From NCBI GenBank assembly GCA_965201075.1, contig CBDAVP010000004.1, positions 124,001 through 188,000 on the forward strand: a DNA stretch of 64,000 bases, written 5' to 3'. Source of the DNA: Isosphaeraceae bacterium (lineage in GTDB: Bacteria > Planctomycetota > Planctomycetia > Isosphaerales > Isosphaeraceae). Shown piece after piece: positions 32,666 to 42,684 of the stretch; the stretch's first letter is position 1, and every line of letters starts with the position of its first letter. A program made the translations under genes and the position numbers. Below the pieces are notes generated by a model. It saw nothing but the letters and a program-made list of their open reading frames with translations, did not search any database and was not told the DNA's origin.

Positions 32666-33520
32666 ATGTTCCCGAAGACCCTCCGCCTCTCCCGGTTCAC
32701 CCTCCTGGGCTCGTGTTTGCTAATCGCCGCCGCCTGGCCCGCAACCCCGGCGGGCGCGGCGGTGCTGCATGTGGTGATCGCGGCCGACTCCGGGGCTCCC
32801 GGGATCGGTCCGGCGATGACCGAAAACAAGTATCTCATCCAGAACGCGGTTGTCGCCAATGCCGGTCAAGCTGTCAGAAACATCCAGATGTTGCCGCCCG
32901 AGAGTTGCCGCTCGGCGGGCATCACCCGGGCGATCGCCGAGTTGCCCGTCCGCCCCGGGGACGCGATTCTCTTCTATTACAGTGGCCACGGCGCGTATGA
33001 CCCGGCCCGAGGCACTTACCTGCTACCCTCCGGCGACGGCGGCCGCCCCGGCCTGTACCTGGCCGACCTCCGGCGGCTGATCGCGGCCAGGGCGCCCCGG
33101 TCGGCGACGATCGTGCTGGACTGCTGCAATACCGTCCGGCCGGTCCCCGGGGGGATGACCCCGGCCAACCCGTTCCACCCGCCCTCGGGTGGCTTCTCAC
33201 CGGCGTTCTACCAGTTGTTCTTCCAGGCCACGGGCCTGCGGGCGATCGTCTCGTCCTCCCCCGGCGAATACGCGGTAGTCCTGCCGGCCTTGCAGATCGC
33301 CGGCGGGGGCGTTCATCCCAGTCCGTCGATCTTCACCAAGGCATTCGCCAACGTGCTCGAAGATGTCACCTTGAGACAGCCCAGTTGGGACCGCGTGGTC
33401 GCCGCCACCCAGGAAGAGGTCGACACCCTGTTCCGTCAAGTCTGCGGGGGAGGCGTCATCCCCCTGGGGACCGGGCCGGTCCGCCAGGCCCGCCAGACGA
33501 TCAGCCACCGGGCCTATTGA
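32666..33520 (+). CDS. caspase-family (peptidase C14-like) protein with signal peptide
   Basis: His motif ILFYYSGHG, Cys motif IVLDCCN, SSSPGEYA, SIFTKAF; hydrophobic leader ending ...PAGA. Confidence 0.85.
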   Translation: MFPKTLRLSRFTLLGSCLLIAAAWPATPAGAAVLHVVIAADSGAPGIGPAMTENKYLIQNAVVANAGQAVRNIQMLPPESCRSAGITRAIAELPVRPGDAILFYYSGHGAYDPARGTYLLPSGDGGRPGLYLADLRRLIAARAPRSATIVLDCCNTVRPVPGGMTPANPFHPPSGGFSPAFYQLFFQATGLRAIVSSSPGEYAVVLPALQIAGGGVHPSPSIFTKAFANVLEDVTLRQPSWDRVVAATQEEVDTLFRQVCGGGVIPLGTGPVRQARQTISHRAY

Positions 33521-33535
33521 GAACCAGGAGACGGC

Positions 33536-34414
33536 ATGACGACCGACCCCCCGCCGTCCGCGATGCCCTGGAGGGGCGCCGCCCTGGGCGCGACGCTCGG
33601 CCTGGCGATCTTCGTCACCTGGTCGGTCCTTGCCAGCCCGGTCGCCCCGAATTCCGTGGTCATCGTCGACCCCACCCGCGCCAGTAATGTCGGAGGCGGC
33701 GCCCAGGTCCTCGGCGACGCCGGGCCCCTGGCGACGGAGAAGGTCGGGGCGAGGACGATGTCGCTGCTCTACGTCATCCAGGCCCGCTTGCGGTCGGACG
33801 ACTTCAACGGGGCGATGAAGCTGGTCGACGCCGCGACGACCCATGACGACCGCGATTTCCTGCTGACCAACGTCGGCGACCGCACCTTGCGTTCCTTCGA
33901 CGCCAATACCGGCACGGCACGGTCCTACGTCGACGATGAAGGAGGGACCGCCCGCGTCGCCCAGGCCCTTCCCCGGTTGCGAAAGGTGGTGGATGCCTTT
34001 CACGACGACTGTCTGAAGGTCCGCTACCTGGTGAGGCTGGAAACGGCCCAGTTCCTGCTCAACGGCCTTGGCCCCGAGGCCCAGCCGGCGAGCCCGGCCC
34101 CTGTCGAGCCGATGCTGGAGGAGGCGACGGCGCTGGCCCGCAACATCCGTCCCGAGGCTTCGGCTCCGGCGGCCTCTCCCGTCGTCTCCGCCGCCTCGAC
34201 CGGCAGTGGGTTCCATCTGCCCTGGGATCGTGGCATCTTGCTGACGGGTCTGCTCGGCGTGCTCGGGTTCTTCGCCTCGTCGCTGGCCGAGCCGATGATC
34301 AACGCCTATGGGCAGCGGATCGCCTCGGTCGTCGAGCGTCGCCTCAAGGGCCCAGGGCACGCCGGGGCGGTTGCGGTCCCCGAATCACCCGCTCGGCCTG
34401 CCGGCTCGGGCTGA
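33536..34414 (+). CDS. hypothetical 2-TM membrane protein
   Basis: TM1 AALGATLGLAIFVTWSVLA, TM2 GILLTGLLGVLGFFASSLA; AGGAG Shine-Dalgarno upstream. Confidence 0.7.
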   Translation: MTTDPPPSAMPWRGAALGATLGLAIFVTWSVLASPVAPNSVVIVDPTRASNVGGGAQVLGDAGPLATEKVGARTMSLLYVIQARLRSDDFNGAMKLVDAATTHDDRDFLLTNVGDRTLRSFDANTGTARSYVDDEGGTARVAQALPRLRKVVDAFHDDCLKVRYLVRLETAQFLLNGLGPEAQPASPAPVEPMLEEATALARNIRPEASAPAASPVVSAASTGSGFHLPWDRGILLTGLLGVLGFFASSLAEPMINAYGQRIASVVERRLKGPGHAGAVAVPESPARPAGSG

Positions 34415-34477
34415 CCGCGAGCCGCCCGTCGCATCGCTCGATCGATTTCTCCCTCAACCTCCTCGGAACGCCCGAAG

Positions 34478-35623
34478 ATGCCCAAGCCGCTGAACGTCGC
34501 GATGATCGGCTACGGATTCATGGGTCGCACCCACTCCAACGCCTACAGACAGGCCCCCAAGTTCTTTGACCTCGAATATCAACCAGTCCTCAAGGTCGCC
34601 TGCGCTCGCAACGCCGAGAAGGTCCGCGAGTTCGCCGAGAACTGGGGCTGGCAGGAGACCGAAACCGACTGGCGACGGGTGGTCGAGCGCAAGGACGTCG
34701 ACGCCATCGACATCGGCAGCCCCAACAACACGCACCTGGAGATCACCCTGGCCGCCGCCGCCAACGGCAAAATGGTCCTGTGCGAGAAGCCCCTGGCGAT
34801 GGACCTGAAACAGGCCGTCCAGATGACCGAGGCGGTCGAGGCGGCCAAGGTCCCCAACTTCGTCTGGTTCAACTACCGGCGAGTGCCAGCCATCGCCCTG
34901 GCCAAGCAGATCATCGACGAAGGGCGCCTGGGCCGCATTTTCCACTACCGGGCTTGCTACCTCCAGGACTGGACGATCAGCCCGGATCTCCCTCAGGGCG
35001 GCTCGACCCTCTGGAGGCTCGACAAGGAAGTGGCCGGCTCGGGCGTGACCGGCGACCTGCTCAGTCACTCGATCGACACGGCCATCTGGCTGAACGGGCC
35101 GCTGACCAAGGTCGTCGGCGACACCGAGACGTTCATCAAGGAACGCCCGGTGCAGGACGCCCCCGGAACCACCAAGCCCGTCACGATCGACGACGCCTGC
35201 CAGTTCCTTGGCCGGTTCGCCAACGGCTCGATGGGGCTGTTCGAGTCAACCCGCTACGCCCGGGGCAACAAGAACCGCAACGGGTTTGAGATCAATGGCG
35301 CCGAGGGGTCGATCCGCTTCGACCTGGAAGACCCCCACCTCCTGGAATTCTTCGACCACCACGACCCGGCGCACCTGCAAGGCTGGCGTTCCATTCACGT
35401 CACCAGTTTCGAGCACCCGTACATGAAGCGGTGGTGGGTGCCCGGAACGACGATCGGCTACGAGCACACCTTCACCAACGCCCTGGCCGACTTCCTCAAG
35501 GGGCTGGAAACCGGAACCCCCGCCGCCCCAACCTTCCGCGACGCCCTGCCCACCCAGGCCGTTTGCGACGCGGTGCTGGACTCGGCCGAGGTCGGCCAGT
35601 GGCAGACGGTGGTGCCGGTCTGA
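34478..35623 (+). CDS. Gfo/Idh/MocA family oxidoreductase
   Basis: [38 protein letters not shown]. Confidence 0.93.
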   Translation: MPKPLNVAMIGYGFMGRTHSNAYRQAPKFFDLEYQPVLKVACARNAEKVREFAENWGWQETETDWRRVVERKDVDAIDIGSPNNTHLEITLAAAANGKMVLCEKPLAMDLKQAVQMTEAVEAAKVPNFVWFNYRRVPAIALAKQIIDEGRLGRIFHYRACYLQDWTISPDLPQGGSTLWRLDKEVAGSGVTGDLLSHSIDTAIWLNGPLTKVVGDTETFIKERPVQDAPGTTKPVTIDDACQFLGRFANGSMGLFESTRYARGNKNRNGFEINGAEGSIRFDLEDPHLLEFFDHHDPAHLQGWRSIHVTSFEHPYMKRWWVPGTTIGYEHTFTNALADFLKGLETGTPAAPTFRDALPTQAVCDAVLDSAEVGQWQTVVPV

Positions 35624-35657
35624 ATCACATCGAACATAAGCGTCCGAGGGCTCCGTT

Positions 35658-36134
35658 ATGCTCGAACTCGACGATTCCCGGGAAGATCTGACATTCTACC
35701 GGCAGAAGAGGGAGGACGGCGGGGTACGGACCGGGATCTCGGTGGGCGCGACCACGGTCCTCGAACGCTACGAACCGGGTGAAGAAGACTACGACCCTTC
35801 GCTGATCTGGTCGATCGACCTGAGATGTCATGGGGAGGGATTACCGGCCTTGCCCGAAGAGGCGAGGATGTGGTTCCTGGCCCACAGTTCCCCGATACAC
35901 GCCGGGTTCGCGAGGTATGCCGAGACGCTGGCCGCGGGTAGCGACCCGACCGGCGCCTACCTCCTGGAGTGGAGCGATTTCCCGACCAGTCCCCAGGGTG
36001 TCAAACTTTCGATCGTCATCGGGGCTCAGCGACTCGTCGACGCCCGCTGGATCTCTCGCGAGCTGATCGATGTCGGCGACCGTTGGGCCGAACTGGTGGG
36101 CAGTCTCCCGAATGTCCGGTTCGCCACATCCTGA
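35658..36134 (+). CDS. hypothetical protein (putative antitoxin partner of the PIN gene)
   Basis: 158-aa acidic ORF ending 9 nt before the PIN gene; no recognised family. Confidence 0.6.
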   Translation: MLELDDSREDLTFYRQKREDGGVRTGISVGATTVLERYEPGEEDYDPSLIWSIDLRCHGEGLPALPEEARMWFLAHSSPIHAGFARYAETLAAGSDPTGAYLLEWSDFPTSPQGVKLSIVIGAQRLVDARWISRELIDVGDRWAELVGSLPNVRFATS

Positions 36135-36143
36135 AGGCCCGAC

Positions 36144-36548
36144 GTGCGGAAGATCATCCTCGACACCAACATCTTGATCCTGCATTGGCACCAATCTCGC
36201 GCCGGCCGGATCGCGGACAACACTGTCGAGGAGGCCGAAGGCTGGGCGAGGAGATTGATCGCGATCCACCAGAGCCGTTGGATGGTGACGCCGGTATTGC
36301 TCGAATTCCTGGGCATCATCGTCAATGGCCATGAGATGAAGCTCAGCCGAGCTTTTATCGATCACTTTCATCCGCTTGATGATGGAAACATCACGGGACA
36401 GGACTGGCAAAAGGCCAGGCAATTGGCCGAGCGAATCGGGAAAGGGCCGTCCCCGCCGAGGAGAGGCGCGATCGATTGCCTCATCAAGGCGATCGCACTC
36501 CGACTGGACTGCGAGATTCGCACCGCCGACCAAAAAATGCCGAGATAA
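36144..36548 (+). CDS. PIN domain (VapC-like) nuclease
   Basis: IILDTNILI, VLLEFL, AIDCLIKAIA, TADQKM: all four acidic PIN residues present. Confidence 0.85.
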   Translation: MRKIILDTNILILHWHQSRAGRIADNTVEEAEGWARRLIAIHQSRWMVTPVLLEFLGIIVNGHEMKLSRAFIDHFHPLDDGNITGQDWQKARQLAERIGKGPSPPRRGAIDCLIKAIALRLDCEIRTADQKMPR

Positions 36549-36598
36549 GTCGAATTGGCTTGTATGGCTCGCGACGACTTCACTGAGGAATCCATCGC

Positions 36599-37447
36599 AT
36601 GAAAACCGGCATGAACCTGCTGCTCTGGACCGACCACGTCACCGAGGCCCACGACGGGATCCTCGAAGTGATCAAGGAGACCGGTTTCGACGCCGTCGAA
36701 GTGCCCGTCTTCGCCGTCGACGACCTCAAGCCTTATGAACGCCTGGGCCGTCGGCTGGAGACCCTGGGCCTGGGGGCGACGGCCGTGACGGTCATGTCTC
36801 CTCAGGCCGACCCGATCTCTCCCGACCCGGCCATCCGCCAGGCGGCCGTCGCCTATCTCGACAAGGTTTTGGCCTGCGTCGAGGCGTTTGGCGGGACGAT
36901 CCTTTGCGGACCGGTCCACTCGGCCATTGGCCAGTTCTCGGGCCAGGGGCCCACCGACGAGGAATTTCAGCGCAGTGTCGACACCTTGCGGCAGGCCGCC
37001 GAGATCGCCCAGCGACGGGGCGTGCGGATCGCCGCCGAATACCTCAACCGCTTCGAGATTTATCTGCTGACGACCGCCCAGCAAATGACCCGCTACGTCC
37101 GGGCCGTCAACCACCCGTCGCTGGGGATGATGTACGACAGCTTTCACGCCCACATCGAGGAAAAGGACCAGGCCGCGGCCATCGCCTCTTGCGCGGCCGA
37201 GACCATCCACGTCCACATCTCCGAGAACGACCGCGGAACACCTGGGACCGGCCAGGTTGACTGGGACGGGGTGTTCTCGGGGATTAAATCCTCCGGCTAC
37301 GACGGCTACCTGACGATCGAGGCGTTCGGCCGGGCCCTGCCCGCCCTGGCCGCCGCGACGAGGGTCTGGCGTGACCTTTTTCCCGACCCGATGGGCCTTT
37401 GTCGGGACGGGCTGGCCTTCATGAAGTCTCGCGCGGGAATCGCCTGA
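36599..37447 (+). CDS. sugar phosphate isomerase/epimerase (D-tagatose/D-psicose 3-epimerase family)
   Basis: GFDAVEVP, EYLNRFE, YDSFHAHIEE, HVHISENDRGTPG, LTIEAF. Confidence 0.9.
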   Translation: MKTGMNLLLWTDHVTEAHDGILEVIKETGFDAVEVPVFAVDDLKPYERLGRRLETLGLGATAVTVMSPQADPISPDPAIRQAAVAYLDKVLACVEAFGGTILCGPVHSAIGQFSGQGPTDEEFQRSVDTLRQAAEIAQRRGVRIAAEYLNRFEIYLLTTAQQMTRYVRAVNHPSLGMMYDSFHAHIEEKDQAAAIASCAAETIHVHISENDRGTPGTGQVDWDGVFSGIKSSGYDGYLTIEAFGRALPALAAATRVWRDLFPDPMGLCRDGLAFMKSRAGIA

Positions 37448-37471
37448 ACCGGGAGGTTCCGACGGCCACGG

Positions 37472-37921
37472 TCACTTCCCCCGGCGGACGGCGTGGAGCA
37501 TGTCGTCCAGCCGGGCGAGGTATCTCGAACGGTCGGTCTTGGCGAATGGAGCCGGGCCGCCGCCCATTGTTCCGCCTTGACGGAGCATCTCCAGCAAAGC
37601 GCGGGTGGCCAGGGCTTCGCCGATGGTCTCTTCGGTGAACGGGTAGCCCTTGGGGCCCAGCACCTTGGCCCCCTTCTTCAGGCAGCGGTCGGCCAGGGGG
37701 ATGTCGGTGGTAATCGCGATGTCGCCGGGGCCGACTTGCTCGACGATCCAGTCGTCGGCCGAGTCGAACCCGCCTCGCACCACGACGAGTTCGATCCCTT
37801 CCTCCCTGGGCACGACCATCGTCGCGTTGGCGACCACGAAGACCTTCACCCCGTGGCGGCGGGCGACCCGGTAGGTCTCCTCCTTGACCGGGCAGGCGTC
37901 GGCGTCGATGTAGATGGGCAT
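37472..37921 (-). CDS. YaiI/YqxD (UPF0178) family protein
   Basis: MPIYIDADACPVKEE, DSADDWI, TTDIPLA, GGGPAPF. Confidence 0.93.
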   Translation of the reverse strand: MPIYIDADACPVKEETYRVARRHGVKVFVVANATMVVPREEGIELVVVRGGFDSADDWIVEQVGPGDIAITTDIPLADRCLKKGAKVLGPKGYPFTEETIGEALATRALLEMLRQGGTMGGGPAPFAKTDRSRYLARLDDMLHAVRRGK

Positions 37922-38399
37922 CGGGGGACTCAGGCCGGGACCGCCAGACTGAACCCCAGGGGAACAAACCCCGGCGAGGGCGTCCACAGGGCCGCGGCCG
38001 GTGTCAGAGCCGGCAACGGCAGCGGGGCCGGCGTCTCGGTGGTCGACGAGGTTTTCAAGGCGGCGATCAGGTGGGCCAGGTAGAAGGCGCGGGAACGCGC
38101 GGGCCGAGTCGTTTCGCCTTCCATGGCGAGTCCTCCTTGCGGCGCAGCGAGGGGGAGGCCACCGTCGCGGGGGCCTCGTGCCGCGACGTTAGCCGAACTC
38201 GCCCCGGGCGTCCAACCCAATCGGGGCTCCGTCGCGATCGCTTGGGTGTCGTTCGTCATCGCCTGGCCTCCCCTGCTCTGCTCGGCTCGACCCGGGGCCG
38301 CTTCGCTGGTTTGAACCCCGGCCCATCGCTTCATGCAACCCTACGCCACGATCCGACCCGGCGTGACGCCCTTGCCCCGAAGGGCACCCCTGGGGCACG

Positions 38400-38897
38400 A
38401 TGAGTCCGACCACGAGGACAGAGCCCTTGACGATGACCGAATCGGGATCCCCAGAGGCGAGGGCCCAGGACCGGGGACCGGCCGTCCCGACGCATCCGAG
38501 GTTCGCGAACCGGCGGTGGGCCACCACTTTGGGGCTCCTGGCCCTGGTGATCGTCCTCTTCACTCTTCGATACGTTCTTCGACCCAGCGCGGGTTCGCCC
38601 CGGCCCCTGGCCACCGGGGACCGGGTGATTCTGGACGGGGGCGGGGCCGAGGCGGTTTTGTTGGCCGACGCCCACGACCCCGCGGCCTGGGAGGCGGTCC
38701 TTGACGCGACGATCCGCCGCGACCACCCCGGGCTGGAGGCTCTGGTTCGCGACCATAAGGCGTTCTGGGTCGCCTCGGGAACTCCCGCCCAGGTGCTGGA
38801 AGTCTCGGAGGTCGCCCGACGGGTCCGCATCCTGGACGGCCCTCGAACCGTGGCCGAGGGATGGGTCCCCGCCGAAGCGATCCGACCCGACCCGTGA
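38400..38897 (+). CDS. hypothetical single-TM protein with SH3-like C-terminus
   Basis: TM LGLLALVIVLFTL; C-terminus GTPAQVLE..RVRILDG..EGWVP. Confidence 0.55.
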   Translation: MSPTTRTEPLTMTESGSPEARAQDRGPAVPTHPRFANRRWATTLGLLALVIVLFTLRYVLRPSAGSPRPLATGDRVILDGGGAEAVLLADAHDPAAWEAVLDATIRRDHPGLEALVRDHKAFWVASGTPAQVLEVSEVARRVRILDGPRTVAEGWVPAEAIRPDP

Positions 38898-38974
38898 ACG
38901 CCGTTGCGAAAGGCCGAGGCGAGGCCCCGACCACGGGCGGGCGCCCCGCATCCTCGGCTTCGGACGGAATCGAC

Positions 38975-40039
38975 TCAGGGGGCCGCCGAGTGCGCCTGAA
39001 GCTGCCCCCACTTCATCCCCCCGAAGGCGTCCTTGGCGGCCGAACGGAGGTCGGCGCCAGGGTCGGCGGGGGCCGCGGGTGCGTCGGGGGCCGGACCCAG
39101 GTCGGTGAGCAACCCGGTCATCGCCGGGGCCAGGGCCCGGTAGATTTGGGCCTGCGCCGGGGTGGTCGTCGGCCCGAACCGCAGGTTGTACGACTGCATG
39201 AACGCCAGGAGGTCGCCCAGGGGAACCTGAGGCTGGCCGTTCAACTCGCCCAGGATCTTCCGCATGCTCGGGTCGTTGAGCAGCTTCGTCACGCCTCCCA
39301 TCGTGTTGAAGAACTGGCCCACCGGCGAGTCGTCGGGGTCGAATTCGGTGCTGTCCTTCAACACGCGGTCGCGGAAGGCCGCCAGGGCGTCGGCGATCCG
39401 TCGTGACGTGGCCGACGAGACGTCCCCCTCGGCGTCCTCCCGTAACGCCGCCTCGATCGCCTCTCGCAGGGACTTGCGCTGGTCGGAATAAGCTGGGCGG
39501 CCCAACGGGTCGGGCAGGGCGTCCAGGCCCGTCATCTGGTCAAGGCAGACGGAGATCGCCTCGGTGTCCCATTCGAAGGGAATCTCTCGCACGGCGGCCG
39601 AGGGGATCGGGGTCTTCGACCCAGAGGCTTTCAATGCGCCGGGGTCGAGGTCCTGGATCTGGGTCAGCAGGGCGTTAAGGGTCGAGCCGTCGGTCATCGC
39701 CTGTCGCTGAAGGTCGGCCTGGCGGGTCGCCTCCTTGGCGGCGTCGTCCTTGATCTTCTGAGCCCGAAGCGCTGCCTGCTGGGCGCGCAGAGCCTTGTTC
39801 CACTTCAGCATCGTGTCGAGGTTGATCGACCGGGCCTGGGCATTCTCCACCTCGTAAACGCCCTGGCCGCGAGCATAGGCCCCCAGCCCGGCCATGTAAC
39901 CCGAGTTGGGGTTCGCTCCCCAGCCGCCCCAGCCATAACCGCCATACCCGCCCGGGTACTGGTATTGCGCCTCGACCCGAGCCGAGGACAGCAACAGGAC
40001 CATCCCCAGGCCCAGCCCGGTCCACCATTCTCGTCGCAT
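38975..40039 (-). CDS. hypothetical secreted protein
   Basis: Signal peptide MRREWWTGLGLGMVLLLSSARVEA; Gly/Tyr-rich start followed by a coiled-coil-like segment. Confidence 0.75.
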   Translation of the reverse strand: MRREWWTGLGLGMVLLLSSARVEAQYQYPGGYGGYGWGGWGANPNSGYMAGLGAYARGQGVYEVENAQARSINLDTMLKWNKALRAQQAALRAQKIKDDAAKEATRQADLQRQAMTDGSTLNALLTQIQDLDPGALKASGSKTPIPSAAVREIPFEWDTEAISVCLDQMTGLDALPDPLGRPAYSDQRKSLREAIEAALREDAEGDVSSATSRRIADALAAFRDRVLKDSTEFDPDDSPVGQFFNTMGGVTKLLNDPSMRKILGELNGQPQVPLGDLLAFMQSYNLRFGPTTTPAQAQIYRALAPAMTGLLTDLGPAPDAPAAPADPGADLRSAAKDAFGGMKWGQLQAHSAAP

Positions 40040-40313
40040 CGTGGGGTTCTCCCTTGAGTTGGAAATTCTCCCGTCCGAATACCTCATAGGTCCCGAACCG
40101 GGGAAGGGTGTCCAGGCTACCCCAGCCGGCCAGGCCGTTCCCGAAAATTCGTCTCGCCCAGGCGAGCCGATCCACCCCAGTTCACTTTCATGCGTCGACC
40201 CGACCAGACCGAACTAGCAACCCAGTCCGGCGTCGTTTATCTTCGGGGACATCCTTGAATTCAACATGACCTGGCATCTTTCCCCCTCCACCTTTCCCCG
40301 AGAGATCCCCCCC

Positions 40314-41363
40314 ATGAAGACGCCGAAGCCTCACGGATTCACGCTGATCGAACTGCTGGTGGTCATCGCCATTATCGGTGTATTGATCGGGATGTTGTTG
40401 CCGGCGGTGCAGGCGGCTCGCGAGGCCGCCCGGCGAGCCCAGTGCGTCAACAACCTCAAGCAAATGGGCATCGGTCTGCACAACTACCACTCGGCCGTCA
40501 ACGCCCTGCCCCCGGCGGTGACCGACTTCACCTACCCCTGGGCCCAGTTCTCGGGCCTGCCGATGCTGCTGCCCTACATCGAACAGACGCAGGTCTAAAA
40601 CGCGTTCAACTTTCAGCACTACCCCAACGCCTCGACCGGCTATCCCCCGCCCTACCCCGGCCAGCCCGGCGGCAACAACAACACCGCCATGGTCGCCACG
40701 ATCAGCAGCTTCCTCTGCCCCTCCGACATCGACCGGCTGACCAACGCCGAGGGACACCACAACTACGGATTCAACTGCGGCACCAAGCCGTTGCGGTACT
40801 CAACATCGCCCAATGGTCCGTTCATCTGCGCCCAGCCCAACACCGAAGCCCTCAGCTTCGCCAGTATCACCGACGGCACCAGTCAGACGGCCGCCATGAG
40901 CGAGCGCGTCAAGGGAATTGGCAACGGCAACGCGCTGAACAACCCCTCGCCCCCCGACCCGCTGACTCCCTCCTCGGTCCCCCTGGCCCTGGCCGCCACG
41001 GCCGACCAGGACCAGGGCCCGCAAACCTACTACACGCAATGCCTGGCCCTGCCCCCAACCTCCCCCTCGCACGCCAACGGCGTCACCGGCGGCTTCTGGG
41101 CCAATGGTCTCGTGGGCGCCGATGGCAGCTACAACCACGTCATGCCTCCCAACAGCCAGACCTGCGTCTACTCCTCGGGCGACCCCGCCGACCACAATCA
41201 CCCCCAAGGAGCCCTGACCGCCAGCAGCCGACACTCCGGCATCGTCAACGTCCTGTTCTGCGACGGCTCGACCCGACCCATCAAAAGCTCCGTCAACTAC
41301 AAGGTCTGGTGGTCCCTCGGCACAATGGCCAGCGGCGACATCGTCTCCCAGTCCGACTACTGA
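40314..41363 (+). pseudogene. DUF1559 prepilin-type N-terminal cleavage / H-X9-DG protein with in-frame TAA at 40596-40598
   Basis: [76 protein letters not shown]; both halves are in the same frame. Confidence 0.88.
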
Positions 41364-41949
41364 ACCCCCCACGCCCGGCGGCCACGCCCGATCCAGGGCC
41401 ATGTCCTCCGACATCCGCCCGCCTCGCAATCGGGACGGGCTCCCCTGCATGACTCGGGAGCCCGCCCCGGCTGCCAGGGCAAGCGGCACGCTACAACATT
41501 CGACCACCTCAACAAGCTGAATTTTGACTACGACGACGTGGCCAACGTCCCAAAAGACGGGCGACGGTTCGGTTCGGTTCGTCCGCGAGGCGAACCGGAA
41601 AGACCTCCGGGCCTCGGACCGACTCCACGAACCCGCGGCCCGGTAGCGGCGCTTAGCGACCAGGCGAGGGCCGGAGCCTGGGATGGCGCCCAGGGCCGGC
41701 TAGGCGACTTCGTGAGGGGGCAGCGGCGCTGACACCGAACCGCGGCCTGGCGATGCATCCCTCAGCGCATGGCCTGGCGGGACGAAATCAACTGCGCAGT
41801 GCAACGCGCTCAATATGCAGAATTTGTTCACTATAGATAAGTCCCGAATGTCAGGATACTATCCGGACGGCCATATCATCGTTGTTGGCCCGTCGGAAAG
41901 TCTTTCAACCTTTCGACCGTCTCCAATTGGTCTTACCCCCCGGGAGCCA

Positions 41950-42684
41950 ATGTCCATGATCAGCAGCCGTTCTTGCCTCGTCATGCTCACGTTCCTCGTA
42001 TCATTGCCGGCTATAGCTGGGCAAGCCAAGGCCGACTTCAACGTGCGGGATGTCCATTCGACTGGATCGATCGGTAGTCTGGCGGACGCCGATGCTCTGC
42101 TTGCCGGATACAACGTCGCCAGCGAGGCTACCGCTACTCGGGCTTTTATCGACCTGTTCGACGCCGACAACAATACCGGCGAGGGGACAGGCCACTTCGC
42201 CAACAATCAGCCCTTCCCGAACAATGTTATCGGGGCGGATGACAATGACTTCGCGATCCACGCCACCACCACGCTGTCCATTACGGCGGCTGGCAACTAT
42301 ACGTTCGGCGTGAACAGCGACGACGGTTCACGGTTGCGAATCGATACAGGTGCCGGGTTCGTTACTGTCATTAACGACAACAGCACTCATGCGCCGTCCG
42401 ATGGTTTTGGTAGCGTCAGTTTCGCAACCCCGGGTCTCTACTCGCTCGACTTCGTGTACTTCGAGCGCTCGAGTCAAGCCACGGTCGAACTCTTTGCCGC
42501 TTCAGGCACGTTCACCGACTTTGACTCGTCGGAATTCCGTCTCGTAGGCGACACAGCAAACGGCGGCATTCCCACACTTGACGCCGTGCCCGAGCCGACA
42601 AGTGCCATGCTCATTGGAATCGGCGTGCTCGGTTTGCTCGGTTATACACGACGGCGCGGCGGGCTCGGCCTTGGCCATCGATGA
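41950..42684 (+). CDS. PA14-domain PEP-CTERM protein
   Basis: Signal peptide; YTFGVNSDDGSRL; C-terminal VPEPTSAMLIGIGVLGLLGYTRRR; lower GC than its flanks. Confidence 0.88.
   Translation: MSMISSRSCLVMLTFLVSLPAIAGQAKADFNVRDVHSTGSIGSLADADALLAGYNVASEATATRAFIDLFDADNNTGEGTGHFANNQPFPNNVIGADDNDFAIHATTTLSITAAGNYTFGVNSDDGSRLRIDTGAGFVTVINDNSTHAPSDGFGSVSFATPGLYSLDFVYFERSSQATVELFAASGTFTDFDSSEFRLVGDTANGGIPTLDAVPEPTSAMLIGIGVLGLLGYTRRRGGLGLGHR

Noticed and set aside
37930..38334. 134-aa minus-strand ORF upstream of the YaiI-family gene
   Set aside because: No motifs, low-complexity Ala/Pro content and overlap with palindromic DNA; it may be real in part but cannot be supported.
40596..40598. Stop-codon recoding (Sec/Pyl) in the DUF1559 gene
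   Set aside because: The codon is TAA, not TGA or TAG, and TAA terminates other genes in this window.
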